Origin: Octopus sinensis
Lineage: Eukaryota
Reading direction: 5' to 3'
DNA length: 64,000 nucleotides
NCBI RefSeq assembly: GCF_006345805.1
Contig: NC_042997.1
Coordinates: forward strand, 64,294,001 to 64,358,000
Each line of letters begins with the position of its first letter. Position 1 is the first letter of the stretch. A model generated the notes under the pieces. That model saw only the letters and a program-made list of their open reading frames with translations, searched no databases and was not told the DNA's origin. Positions 20,782-34,200 of this stretch are shown in pieces. The translations under genes and the position numbers were made by a program.

Positions 20782-23700
20782 TAATGTCGGCAAGAAGCTG
20801 CTGTTTGGTGGATTATTTATTACAAACAAGTGCACGAGTGCATCTGCATACATAAGCATCTTGGAATCTATAGCTATTTGAATGCAAGCAGATGATGTAT
20901 TTAGTTTAAAAAGAATCTGTTAAAAATTATTTTGCTACAATTCCTATTGGTTTGCCTATTGCTTTCATTCTCCTTGCATTCTTTCTTTCATTTTAATTCC
21001 ATTTAAATTCCATTTAAATTGTAAACAAACTGGAGATTCTAAAGCGATTATATAATTTGCTAAACTTAATATTCTTCTTTAAAGTGGGTCATTCCTAACA
21101 AAAGCTGATTGTGATAATACTACATGTGTTTTTTCTCAGCTCCAATTTTGTCTGAGAAGAGACGCATTATATATTATGTTTATTGAGATGCATGATTTAG
21201 TAACATTTTATTAATCAATCACGTAACAATGACTGTTAGAGTGAACGTCAGGTTCGATATTACCACAAAGAGCATATTGCAGTTACCGTATTGCAGAAAG
21301 GTAACTCCTGACAATTTATTATCTAAGATAATATAAGTTATTTTGTATCAATAATTGTAATTTTAATTGCCGAGACTATCCAGTACATTTGAAAAAGTAA
21401 CAAAATGTAACGACATTCACGTATCCAACCGCCATAATATTCGTGTTTCCTTTCTCCGATAGAAGGGAATAAACTAGCAGTTATAAACATATATATACAA
21501 GCAAACCTCAACGCTGAAACCTACTACAATCTAAACCTAGTACAACTATAGACATAAACAGCTCATCAATGTTATAACGATTCTCAGGTTTCTGTTTTGA
21601 CAAAACCTGTGGTGGCCAATTATAGCACATTTATATTTATTGCAGACCTTAATTTACCACTTCCCAGATTGTAAAATTAGTGTTTTTAAACCCTTCTATG
21701 CAATTAGTATATATGTAAATGACAAACATTACTTTTATGAAATCAAATTCTTTAACTAGCAATAGATTACTCGTTGAATTTAGTGAAATCGCGTATAAAT
21801 AAATATTTGCATCCAAGTGTTTAAGATGGCAACAGCTCCGTAAATGGCAGATCAAACATATTTAACATTTACTGGAACTCAATATTTAGATTTTACGAAA
21901 TCAAATACATTTACCCGGTAGAACTTGCGGCCGCCACACTGAATCACATTTCAGTCAGAGGTGAGTGAGCAAAAATGTGATAAGGAAAGCAAACCAATAA
22001 TTTTCAGATTATTCGATTTTAGGTTGATAACGTCAGCATTAAAAAAAATGCTACTCAAAGTTTTGAAAATATTTCTGTTGGCACATATCCATTCCGTTAC
22101 AAAAACTCTTCTCTGTATAGATTTTCATTGTAACTAATACTACTCTTTGTCTTCAGATAACAGTAGATATGTTTTAATCTGTGTCAAAATTGCGCCAATG
22201 CCAATTTTGCTTTTACATGTCGAACTTTTTCTTAGATTACCTCCAGAATTAAAGCTTCCTGGAATACATGAGTTACCAAAAAGTTTTTCGACTATCGTCA
22301 ATTCACAAACGTTATAATTTCTTGCCAATCTCCGCATCATCCAGCTACATACACTTCGCATATATAAATTTCAGAATGAAATCGTAAAGAACTAAAATTA
22401 TAGGTACGGTGAAAAGGTTTTATAGGCCAATCTCCACGATTGGTTTGGGGATATCCATCAATCTAGAGAGAACTAAGAACATAACGTCCGTGAATATAAT
22501 GTAACACCTCAACGTGGCAAAGAATGCACAGTATTGGGGATTTTTGCCACAAAAACCATCAACTTCTGAAAATATTGGGTTAGTGCATAATTATTTCAGC
22601 TTTTTTCAACAACTTTTATTTAACAAAAACAGTAACAACGTGTAACAAAAACATCTTTAAATGATTATTCCGCAGCATAGTCACCATCTACTTCAATTAA
22701 TGCTTCCGATTTGCTTACCAGATGGTCATACCGTCATTTAAAGATGTTTATGTTAAATATGATTTGTTGAAAAAACGCCGCAATAATTAAGCACCAACCC
22801 AATATAATAGTTCATTTTTTAGAGGTTAAAACAAATTGATTTACGTATTATTAAATATTATTTAATGTCCTCTCTTCAAACACAGGATAATTATATACAG
22901 CGTATTCTGAAGTGGTAAGAAATGATTTTACCCATATAAATATTAACAAATATTTTGAGGCAAAATTGTACAAAAAACTTAATGTTAACAATTGTTTTAC
23001 AATGCTACTGGTATCTCCATTTTTCTCCCACCCTCTCCTTCACTGCTAATTAAACTGATAAAGTCTATTGTTGAAAGTAATGTAATGACATCCATAGAAA
23101 TCATAAAAGACAACATTTATATAAAAGTAAAGAGTAGCAGAATCGTGGTTATATATGCAGACACAATTGTAATCTACATAGATATATTCATTCCTGTAGC
23201 CAGAAATATCGTAGAGTAAGAAAACAAAGGCTCTAATGAAATCAATACTACAATACACTTAATAACATTGTAAATAAGATAAATATAATCCATTATGTAA
23301 CTATATTCTGATATCTGAACATGAAGACGATAATGGAAAACAAAGCTGTCTTTACAATATTACAACAAATAATGATATAAATGAAAGCAATGCATATAAA
23401 ATGCATGATCAAAAAGCTGGAGTAAGATTTATTTATTCTCTCAAAGAGGAAAACCTGTATGGAAGCTTAACTATTGCGGAAAAGAGAATTATAGGAAAAC
23501 ACAAAATAGATCACAATAATATGATAATAGATAAGTATGATGTGACAAAATAATAATAAATGGAAGTAATGATGTAGGTTTATGAAATTATGTTAAGTAT
23601 ATGTGTGTGTGTGAGTTTTTGCGTGTGTTCGTGTGTGTGTATGAATGGGTGTGTGCGTGTGTGTGAGTGGATACATATATTTCATTACACGTGTAAGAAT

Positions 23701-23974
23701 GAAAATAGTTACGTGCTGTGAACATTCATCATTATAAATCACATGAATATGAACGAAGTTGCAATACTTTCTTCAGTTAAATACTACGTCTTACCAACTC
23801 TAGCATTTGTAAACTACATTTTGTTAATCCTTTGGCTATCATCTCAACCCTAAACAACTCCGTATGTACGTTAGATTATGATGATACGTTAATAATGAAA
23901 TCATATTTAACAAAAGCACACTCTCTGATAATCTGAACGAAGCAACCACAAATTATTTTTAAAAATTGCCTTTT

Positions 23975-24060
23975 AAATTGTCCTCTGATGAACCTCGATC
24001 AGGCAGATCGAATTCGTATCTAACACAATCTCTCCGCATCAATTAAAATTTCTATTCTCC
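23975..24060 (+). mobile_element. Mariner transposase relic
   Basis: TCT GAT GAA CCT CGA TCA GGC AGA = SDEPRSGR, resembling the mariner LxDEPRSGRP motif. Confidence 0.4.
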
Positions 24061-24467
24061 TCTATTCATAACATTTCTCCTTAGAGATACGTTATGAATG
24101 CTTCAAAGACTATGTTTCATGGCAACATCGTCAGCTCAGTTATGAATGTATCATATTGAATGCTTTTCCTCTTCAGAACAAGAAAAGGTTTGGACCACAG
24201 CAACAGCTAACGCTCTAGGAAGAGCAGTGAAATCCACAGTGATATACCACTGCTAGTATATCTGGAGCGCGTACGAAAACTACTATTTCATTGACGGGCA
24301 ATTGGTTCCTGGCCAACACACTACAAAATGTGGCTCACACTCGTATTTTCTCTTCCTGGATTTTCTAACGCCACTGGTACGATTTCTGCTACTGTGGTCT
24401 ATGACACTTCTATTTATTGTTTGGTGGAGTTACGTTGTGCCTTTATTTCAGTCTCCCGCGCACACGC

Positions 24468-24507
<40 letters not shown>

Positions 24508-24529
24508 TGCATATGTGGAAAATCAGCGT

Positions 24530-24995
24530 GATTTTATGGCGTTATTAGCTAATTTGATTTTGATGAAACTTGACACGTGAGTAGAACTCATGCCTGGAAA
24601 TCTCGTGACATAGGTTGTTGAAAAATTCGATGATACGGCCCCTGAAAGGGACCTTTATATCTACGTCATATAAATAAATTTTCTTAAACACCCAAGGGAA
24701 ATAACTCATAGAATCTGTAAAATATTTTTAAACACTCAAGGAAATTAATCTATTTCATTGCTTATGTTCGATTACTTTGAATATTGATTTTTTGTGTGTC
24801 TATTTCTAATTTTTGCAGACAAAATAAAATTTAATACTTTGTTCGACACATGAGTAGACCTCGTGTCTGGAAACATCGTGACATACATAGATTATTGAAA
24901 ATATCGATAATAGGGCCCTTCTAATGGATCTTTATATCTACTATATATTAGTAATAATTTATTTAAACAACCCAAGGGAAATAACCCATACCACC
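24530..24995 (+). repeat. Diverged ~270-bp tandem duplication, possibly Helitron-derived
   Basis: GACAC-TGAGTAGA-CTC-TG-CTGGAAA-TCGTGACATA...ACCCAAGGGAAATAAC occurs twice (24570-24715 and 24843-24995). TTTTGATGAAACTTGACAC resembles 38345-38365. Confidence 0.55.
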
Positions 24996-25277
24996 TGCGG
25001 ATTTAACGAAGAAGGAGGGCGTATGTTTTCGACGAGTGATAAAATAGTTGGGAATACTTGATGTGGTAATTAATGAATGTGGCCATGTACATTTACGTTC
25101 CTCACAGGTATACCATGTTTTTCTTGTCATTTCCGCTGTTGTAGTTGTTAGCAAAGGCTATTCTATAGAGAACACAAATTTGTTCACATATATAAATACA
25201 GAAACTCGATGCAGGGCGAGCGTACAGTATGAGAGACCTTCAAAGGGAGAACTCCCATCCGATTGTTCATATATATA

Positions 25278-25279
<2 letters not shown>

Positions 25280-25316
<37 letters not shown>

Positions 25317-25343
25317 AGAAGAAGAGAACGGGAGAGAAAAAGC

Positions 25344-25404
<61 letters not shown>

Positions 25405-25405
25405 C
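25280..25405. repeat. (GA)n + (GATA)n microsatellite
   Basis: Directly visible. Confidence 0.97.
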
Positions 25406-27724
25406 CATATCTGAAAATAATTTATATTGTATTAAAGAAAGAACGTCTTTCACATCTAAATAAAGAAGCGAAATAATTATCAGTTCATAAAAATATCTAG
25501 TGAGTTGAAGCAGAAGAACTGGACGTATAGGAAGACAATTGTCTTTTCATATAGCATCTGGATTGTAAATTGCATTTATATGCATTTAAATATTAATACA
25601 ATACTTTTTTATCTTGCTTATTCAGAAACATATATGATACAAGATTAATATAAATATATGAAAATGTTCACCGAAGAATTTAGAAAGTGAAACTTCCAAA
25701 GGAAAAGAAATAGAGAAAATATATTTAAGTGTTGCATAATTTGTAGCAATAATTAGGGCAATAAGGAACGTAATTAGAAACTGTACTGTGCTGTAAAATC
25801 TTAACAAAGTTGTAGCATCAGAAAGTGAAAATCTGATGCTTAAAGATTGATCTGCGTGATCACTAAGAGGAAAGATTATTACAGAGACTTAATGTCCAAG
25901 GGTGCCACCTCTCGCTAATTTTCTATTCGTCTTACTCATTAAATAGTCTTATAGATTTTGCCTTTCTTTTCTTCTAGCATACCTATGTGTACACCAAGTT
26001 CTGGTATAAATGTATGCATGAATTTGCTTCAATATAATTTTAGCATAAACTATTTCTCATGTGTCTCTAAAATGTAAATGCTTAGGTCATGAGAGCTTAA
26101 CTGTTAACACCACTGAAGAAAACTTACATATTTTAGGGGAATCATGTGAAATACTTATTTCCGTATTTCACTAAAACCAGTCAAAATATTGGTTTCAAAC
26201 TTTGGTGTTATGCAATCAATTTTGGGGGAAGGTGTTAGTCGATTAAATCGACCCTAGTGTTCCATATATACATCATAGAATATAGCACATTCAAAATTGT
26301 ACATTGTGATTTCAAGTTTTTTTACCTCCTTAACAAATATTTAAATAGCAAGCAGATGAGAGAAAAATACATCGTACATATCAAAGATATCCGCTGTCCT
26401 GCTTCTTTGCACTTCACAAGAATTCAATAAAATATAGCGTTACAAATTGCAACAGAAAAATGATATGTTTGTGATGGTTTGACTACAAAAGCTATTGACG
26501 CGTGTTTCAGCAGCTCAGGGTACCTCATTACAGGGATGATGTGAAGGTTCCCGCAGAATTTGGTAAAATAATGTAAGCGATATTTTTGTGGCATGAAAAC
26601 AACATTTGGGACATAGTGTAGGGTAACAAATTGAAATTTATACTTCGACAAAAGCGTAGCAGTATATATACCTGTTGTTCTTTTTAAAAAATCTTAAAAT
26701 ATCATAAAACAGTATATATTTGTTTCATTTAGGGGTTCTCTTTAAGATAATATATACCAACAGTTATATACTTTGGCTTTAAAGTATTTGAAATAGTTTG
26801 GCTTCAAATTATATGAAATAGTTTGGCTGCAAAGAATTTACAGATTGTGGTTTCAGATCTTGTAATGAAGAATTCAGTAATTTATGCTACTAAACATTGC
26901 ATGATTTTCTAAACAGAAAAATTGTAATAGCTAAATGTTGTCAAATTTTCCTTCCAAAAATAAGCAAAATAAAATCCAAACAGATTTCACTCTTTGTCCA
27001 TATAGTCATATCTGTGCTTCTAGTCGGACAGTATTGCGTGCAAGAAATAAATCAGTCATTAGACCTACTAAATCAACTTGAAATCAAAGTGTGGACACGT
27101 TTATGTGATTGAGAATCAACAGCTATCAATTGGATGTATATTCATATAGTGTAGACAGAGTGTACAAAAGAACGAATAATTGTAAAAGAAGTGAGAAAAC
27201 TAATTGAATGATTTAAATAGTTATGTTCTTTTGTCCAGTTTTGCGTCAAATAATATGCCAACCTACAAAAACTCTGCTTTGCAAAGAATATTTCTATTAA
27301 TCATCTGGATATTTTGTCAATTCCATTGTAGCGGGAATGGGTATTGATTTAATCATTTCTAGCAAATTTTAATTATATCTTGTCACTATATTGGTTAAGT
27401 TAAAAAAGAAAAAACTATTTCGTCATTACATTAAATAATGTAACAGTAAACTAAATAGCGATGTTCAAGGTACATAGCATAATTTTAACTAACTGTGTTA
27501 CCTCGTATAAGGTTACCATGCTTGTATCACATCTAATCGTAGGGAAGTGTCAACTGACCCACATAACAAATATATAACTTTAAAACAGCATCTCTTGCAC
27601 AAAGCAACCATATAAACATTTTATTGAATTAAAAATTTTTTTTTCAATAGCAGCATGTGAAAATACGTTAATCGTCTCCCGATGAATTTTCTAAATATCT
27701 TGATATCATTTTCATTTTTTAACA

Positions 27725-27910
27725 CAGGCCAACAATTTTAGGGAAGGTGATAGTCGATTACATCGACTGCAGTGCTTAAATGGTACTTAGTTTATCGACT
27801 AACGACTATCGTTAGCACGCCGTGCAAAAGGCTGAGAAGTATTTCATCAATCTTTACGTTCTGAGTTTAAATAACACTGGGGTCGACTTTGCCATTCAGG
27901 GTCGATAAAA
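27725..27910 (+). mobile_element. SINE family A fragments
   Basis: ATCGTTAGCACGCCG-GCAAAA...TCTTTACGTTCTGAGTTTAAAT...GGGGTCGACTTTGCC...GGGTCGATAAAAT. Confidence 0.7.
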
Positions 27911-28551
27911 TGTGATTTTCTCACGTTTACTTACTATTTAATTATTTCTTAGAGAGATAAAAAATTGAAATCACAACGGTTAATTTTTAATGACCTATAT
28001 AATATCTTGTATATATGTATGTATGGAAAAGTAGTTATATGCATGGTGAATATTCCAATCTATCAACAGAGAGAGAGAGAGTGAGAGAGTGAGAGAGAAA
28101 ATGGCAATAGATAAAGGACCAAGAAAATGTCGGAAAGAGATTGCGCTGTTATGCAACACCCGTTTGTCCAAATTGTTTGTTTGTTGCAGTAGAATTGGCT
28201 ATTTAGTATAAAAAAGTTTTGAATTTTAAATTTCGTTATCTAACATCGACAACTCGTCTGTAGTTTGACGAAGGCGGCAGACGAGATTTTTTTGTCCAGA
28301 ACACACGAAGTTGTAACATTTACCATAATTCATATTTATCCAATAGCCTATGAATCCATCTGGATACTTTCCTCTATTGCAATTTTATCGATCTTTGAAG
28401 GGTGAAAAAGTGCAGTTGACCAAACTGGAATTTGAACTCATACAGCAAAGACTCCAGACGAACACTCATGTTCTATGAAACCATAAGGGTTCTCTTAATT
28501 TGGATCCACATATGCATGCTTACATGCATGCATACGTACATGCATGCATAC

Positions 28552-28596
<45 letters not shown>

Positions 28597-28620
28597 GAGA
28601 GAGAGAGAGAGAAAGAGAGA

Positions 28621-28804
28621 GGGTCAGCCAAAAGTTACCTTAGAGTAAATCAAAGTTCCATAAATAGTATTTGTAAATCTGTTTTGACTCGAATGGAAGA
28701 ACTTCAGTTTGAACAATTTTGATGATGTTTCATATTTAGATGCTTTTATTAAATTCATTCAGTTGTTAAACACAAGTAAATCAGGTGACTTTTGGCGAAG
28801 TCTG
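28621..28804. mobile_element. Tc1/mariner-type MITE (~185 bp)
   Basis: Terminal inverted repeat GCCAAAAGTTACCT / AGGTGACTTTTGGC (14 bp, 1 mismatch). The right end is CTG|TA and runs into (TA)n. Confidence 0.6.
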
Positions 28805-28876
28805 TATATATATATATGTATATATATTTACGTATATATATATATATATATATATAGATGTATAGATGTATGTATG

Positions 28877-28913
<37 letters not shown>

Positions 28914-29179
28914 ACAATTGAGGGTAAAATTAATTAATTAATCAATTTCACCAAGTATTCAGTATGCAAAGGGACCATTTAAGGCGAATTCAAATTATTA
29001 CATTATATAAAAGGGCTTAGTAAAATAAATTACTTTGCCGCATACTGAACTCATTAGAAATAGCAGCTAAAAAAACTTTTTTTAAACTATTTCTAATACT
29101 TAAAGAAAACCTCTCTCATATAGTGTTTGCTCAATTCAACTCACGAAAGTATGGGGGGTAAAGACATTAAAAAATCAAA

Positions 29180-29239
<60 letters not shown>

Positions 29240-30354
29240 CACATACACACATACGTGTATTTGTAGAGAAAAATGAAAGAGAAGAAGAAATGGAAATGGA
29301 AGCGGGGAGAATTAGGGGAGATAGATATGTGTATCTTAGTATCCATGTGTATTCTTATATTATATTTTTACATTCCTATGAGGCTGCTTGTTATGTTCAC
29401 CTCTGTAGCATGCTTGTTATTCTATTATCTAATCGAAGTCAGCTTAATGAAATTATATTCTAACCTATTTTCATAAATTACAACCACTTACTGCTTGATT
29501 TAGTATTCCTAAGATTGGTGGTGCAGAATACAATCAATATTTCCCATCATAGTAAAAGCGATTTAAAACAATATTTCTACAATTAAGAAATGAGGTGTAA
29601 GTCAGAAAAATATATTAAGGAATTGCAGTGGTGCGATATTCCGTTTCAACCAACGGAAAATTGATCCCAATAATAGTGTTAAGCCATTGCAATCCGAATA
29701 ATTGTAAACATCATTGTTTAGAAGAGGACAAGAGCTCGGAGAAAGAAAATGCTGTAGCAACTATTAAATTCATGATGTGTAGCGGAAGTAATAAAGAAAA
29801 ATAATAAGAGAAAGAAAAATCAATCATAAAGACAAAGTAATTTACGTGATGTAAAAATAAAAATGTTTTCCGTTCTAAGAAGTGAAGTTTTGAATTGGAG
29901 AGGAAGAAAATAAAACAGCATTACTTAGTGTATATGAATGAGTTTTAAAATGAAATGTAAATTAAAAATATAGCAAATGTTGTAAGAATGGTGTTTTTAT
30001 ATAAAAAAAAAAAAAAAGAAATAATCGAACGACAAAGATGATAAAGAGATTGAAATAAGGAGAAAAAAGTAACTATTGAAATGTGAAATTATAATGTTGC
30101 TATCTGGTAGGAAGAATTCAGGAAATACAAAAAGTTTATGCCTCAAAATAATTGTATTATGTACAGACTTTGCTAGAAGCCTTTGTAAATGAACTTCGAA
30201 GTGATTTGTGTAAAATGTAGTTATGCATTGAATCTTCCCATTTCAGCACGCTATAATCACAAATTGTACGCACTCAAAGTGTTCTTATTTTATCAAAGAA
30301 AATATGCTACAAAAATTCATCACAGTACGTATCATGATATATTTGATTTTTCTC

Positions 30355-30570
30355 AGGCGGTGAGTTGGTAGAATCGCTCCCATGCCGGATAAGCTGCTTA
30401 GTAGCATTTCTTCCGTCTTTGCGTTGTAATTTGAAATAGCATCGATGTCGACTTTGCCTTTCATCCAATTGGATTCAATAAAATGTGTACCGGTTCAGTA
30501 ACAGAGTTGATGTAGTCAATTTAGCCCCTCCTCTTTACTTGCTGTCCTTGTGCAAAATTTTGAAGCCAAT
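30355..30570 (+). mobile_element. SINE family A copy
   Basis: AGGCGGTGAG-TGGTAGAATCG...GTCGACTTTGCCTTTCATCC...CCTTGTGCAAAATTTTGAA. Confidence 0.75.
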
Positions 30571-30884
30571 ATATTTGCCATCCGTGTGATAATGTACGAC
30601 TCTGCTTAACTGCTTCTTCATTGTGGTTTCTAATCTCAAACGAATTTATTTGAGTAGAGCAAATATGATGCGTAGAAAGAATTGCATATGAGAAGAAAAT
30701 GTACTTGTACATTTCATACGAATATGTAGATTCTACAGAAATATGCGAATCAATAACACTTAAATCAACATTGCAATACCTTGCTTAACTATATTCTCTT
30801 CAGATATAGATGGAGTCTATTCCTATATATATGAATATATATCTATGTATATAAAACCCTAAGTATTATTACAATATGTTGCGC

Positions 30885-31025
30885 AGTGAGCTAGCTAAAA
30901 CGTTAGCACGCTGAGTGAAATGCTTAGCATTATTTCGCCTGTCTTCACGCACTGAGTTCAAATTCCGCCGATTGTTGACTTTGTTTCTCATCCTTTCGGG
31001 AGCGATAAATTAAGTACCAAATATT
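30885..31025 (+). mobile_element. SINE family A copy, 3'-truncated
   Basis: GTGAGCTAGC...CGTTAGCACGC...GAGTTCAAATTCCGCCGA...CATCCTTTCGGG...TAAGTACCA. Confidence 0.8.
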
Positions 31026-31638
31026 TCGGGTCTTCTGTTTCAGATAGAAACAGGGACTTGAAAAAATTTGCAACAGATGTGGTTGGAGAAAGCTGTGGTT
31101 CCGACTTATGGTTGGTAAGTATCAAGTAGTGCATTCCGTTTGTGTACTCAGAAACAAACAACCTTATGAGTATTTAGCGACTAGGGGCTTGGCCAAAGCA
31201 CGCGTTACGTTGAATTATACGTTGTTGGTATAGTATTGGGTGTTCGACATAATTGGCCTCGGCAGACTTCAGCTACGTTCCTGCTGTATTCTTGAGATAT
31301 TCTTTTGATTGTAAAATTATTTTTCATCTCATTATTACGGATTTTTGTAATGGAATACTTTTCTCATTCTTCTACAGCTGTTTCTTACCCATGTTTTAAT
31401 ATTGGTAAGAAACAGCTGTAACGAGCTCAAGACGGAGTTTTTATTGTTATGATTACTGTTTATATTATTGCTAGCATTAACTTCTAGACTATTCCTTTTA
31501 TTGTTATTATTATTAATTGTACTATAACCGGCATTATCACTGACGATAGAAATGTTGTTGTTGTTGTTGCCATCAACACTACCACTGTTATTAACCCGAC
31601 TGATTCTATTATTAATATTATCATTGCTAACACTAATG

Positions 31639-32234
31639 TTGCTACGAATGTTGGTACTATCAATACTATTTCTATTATTATTATTGTATGTTGGAATTGT
31701 TAAGAACAGTGTTGGAATCTTTGTTTAGCAGCTTGTTATTATGGGAAGCAATAATTTGCGATAGATTTCTAGTGTTAGAGAATGCAATTCTTACCTTATG
31801 TGAATTGATAATAGAATAATACCTAGAATTCCTGGGAAAGTTCCTAGCCACTGCTTCACGGAACTGTAAAGGAAGGTTGGATTTGATTTGTTTTCCGAAA
31901 GGTATAAGAAACCAGATATAGTTTTTTGTCGACTTAGAATTGTTCATAGTGCTATTAGTGACAGTAAGGGGAAGCTTTCTATTTCTCTTATGTACTGGGG
32001 TGCGGACAATAGAAATAACAATAGAAATAGTGGTAATAATGATTTCGGTTCTAACAACGTCCGCACCCATGTACATAAGGTAAGAATTGCATTCTCTAAC
32101 ACTAGAAATCTATCGCAAATATTGCTTCTCATAATAACAAGCTGCTAAACAAAGATTCCAAAACTATTCTTAACAATTCCAACATACAATAATAATAATA
32201 GAAATAGTATTGATAGTACCAACATTCGTAGCAA
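31639..32234 (-). mobile_element. Penelope-like RT-to-EN linker fragment with internal inverted duplication
   Basis: ORF 31681-32076 reads YIWFLIPFGKQIKSN...NFPRNSRYYSIINSHKVRIAFSNTRNLSQIIASHNNKLL, resembling the PLE IIWFNPP...HFP...KVSYSCxxN...HNxKIL block. Arms 31639-31801 and 32073-32234 are inverted. Confidence 0.75.
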
Positions 32235-32277
32235 GATTAATTCATTCATCTACTTATATATATATACACACACATAT

Positions 32278-32358
<81 letters not shown>

Positions 32359-32475
32359 GTATGTATGCATCTATATTATAGTAACAAAGGATATAAACGT
32401 TAACAATTTTATCAGTGACCAGCATATGCAAATAGACCTATTGAGGTGAAATCACACACACATACACATACAGGC

Positions 32476-32516
<41 letters not shown>

Positions 32517-32933
32517 TAATGAAGGGCATAATGAAGGTACAATTATAGCTTGTATGTTCAAGATACACGCTAAATCGCTCTAACCACTTTATGGACTACT
32601 TTTGACCAAATACACAAGTGCTGAGGTAAGGTACGAAATTTGATGCTGGATGTATCTGTGGTATTTATATGTCGTCGTGGTTTTGTGTTCGCTTTCCGGT
32701 GGGTATGTATAAATATATCGTTTATTTCTCTTAAGCGTGCTCTGGTGACGTGGAAAATCCATTAAGCAAATCCTAAAATTGATTAAACAGAGCTTTCTAT
32801 ATTGATATGAATTATCGTTTGCTTACTCAATCGATTTCGGTGTGTGTGAAATTCGTGATATTTGTAAAGTGGTTTTGTGATTTAGCGTCTATTTTCAGCA
32901 TATAGGCTTGAAATGTTTCCATGCCCTTAATTA

Positions 32934-32999
<66 letters not shown>

Positions 33000-33242
33000 C
33001 CAACATGGGGTCATTTACGATTGAAAGGCCAAAGGGAGACAATCCCCTGTGGTTGACAGACTAATGAAGTTTTTCGTCCACCATTTTCTAGAGAGGCCAC
33101 TTGCTAGACAGGCCACTTGCTAGACAGGCAATAAGCCAACAGGTTTAGGATCTGACAATACACTGTAAGGCTGATTGCTTTACGGACATGAAACCCAGAT
33201 TAATCCTATAAACCGGCCTTATCTAACTTTGTCTGTCTATCC

Positions 33243-33244
<2 letters not shown>

Positions 33245-33318
<74 letters not shown>

Positions 33319-33337
33319 CCTATCTAACTAACTGACC

Positions 33338-33381
<44 letters not shown>

Positions 33382-33405
33382 GACTAACTATCTATCTAAT
33401 TATCT
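33245..33405. repeat. (CTAT)n-(CTAA)n tetranucleotide microsatellite
   Basis: Directly visible. Confidence 0.97.
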
Positions 33406-33599
33406 ATGAAGGAATGTGTATATTGATATATACATATGTGTACGTGTGTGTATTTGTGGTGTGTGAAGAAAGAGACGTAGATACATGCCTATACAGAGAT
33501 ATATTCTAACACACAAACACAGTGTATATTGGAAAGAAAACAAACAAACGATTTCTCTGTACTTCTTGACAGCAGTCCAAGGTCGCCCATTATAATCCC

Positions 33600-33850
33600 A
33601 ATATTGTGTCTGGTGCTGCTGCCGATTGCTCTCTGTTGCTGGTGGTAGCAAAAATGATGTCACCTGCCCGCCGTAATGAGACTGTCAACATATGATTCAC
33701 GATTGCTTGTTTGGCAAGTGGTCCTGTAATGGGCCCACCAGGGTATTTCGCAGATACCCACATGCTTGTTGTAGTCCCACCATTCGCCACCACCTAGACA
33801 CGCCTGTTAGGGCATCATCTCCTCTGATCCACTTTTTCATTGAGCCCCTG
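33600..33850 (-). mobile_element. CR1/L2-type RT relic
   Basis: NRRV*VVANGGTTTSMWVSAKYPGGPITGPL resembles RxQxVVxNGxxSxxxxVxSGVPQGSILGPL. Confidence 0.45.
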
Positions 33851-34200
33851 CATAACTGTATTACTCTATGCATTTGAACACCGGAAAGTGACAAAAATGG
33901 TGGAAAAAAGATGGACAATTTCCAGTTCACATGCCTAAATAGAATACTCGACATCAAGTAGCTGCAAAGTGTCTGAAAGGACAATTGAGACTACAATGGG
34001 TATAAACAGGAGCAGTGACAAGATAAGATACAGGCGCTGGAAATAGGTCAAACACGTCCTTAGACAAGGTCGAGAAAGCAATTGTGTGGTAGCACTAGAA
34101 TGTTAGCCTGACGGCAACGTAGATCCACGCAGCAGACGACCATTGACTAGGAAAAGAGAGAAGAGTGGAAACGCTGGAACGATACCAGAACTATAGCAGA
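33850..34200 (+). mobile_element. RTE-clade LINE 3' fragment (degenerate)
   Basis: VLLYAFEHRKVTKMVEKKMDNFQFTCLNRILDIK, then frameshifted IRYRRWK*VKHVLR...CVVALE, resembling LLYxxETWxxTK...RRILxI...RRWxWIGHVLR. Confidence 0.7.
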
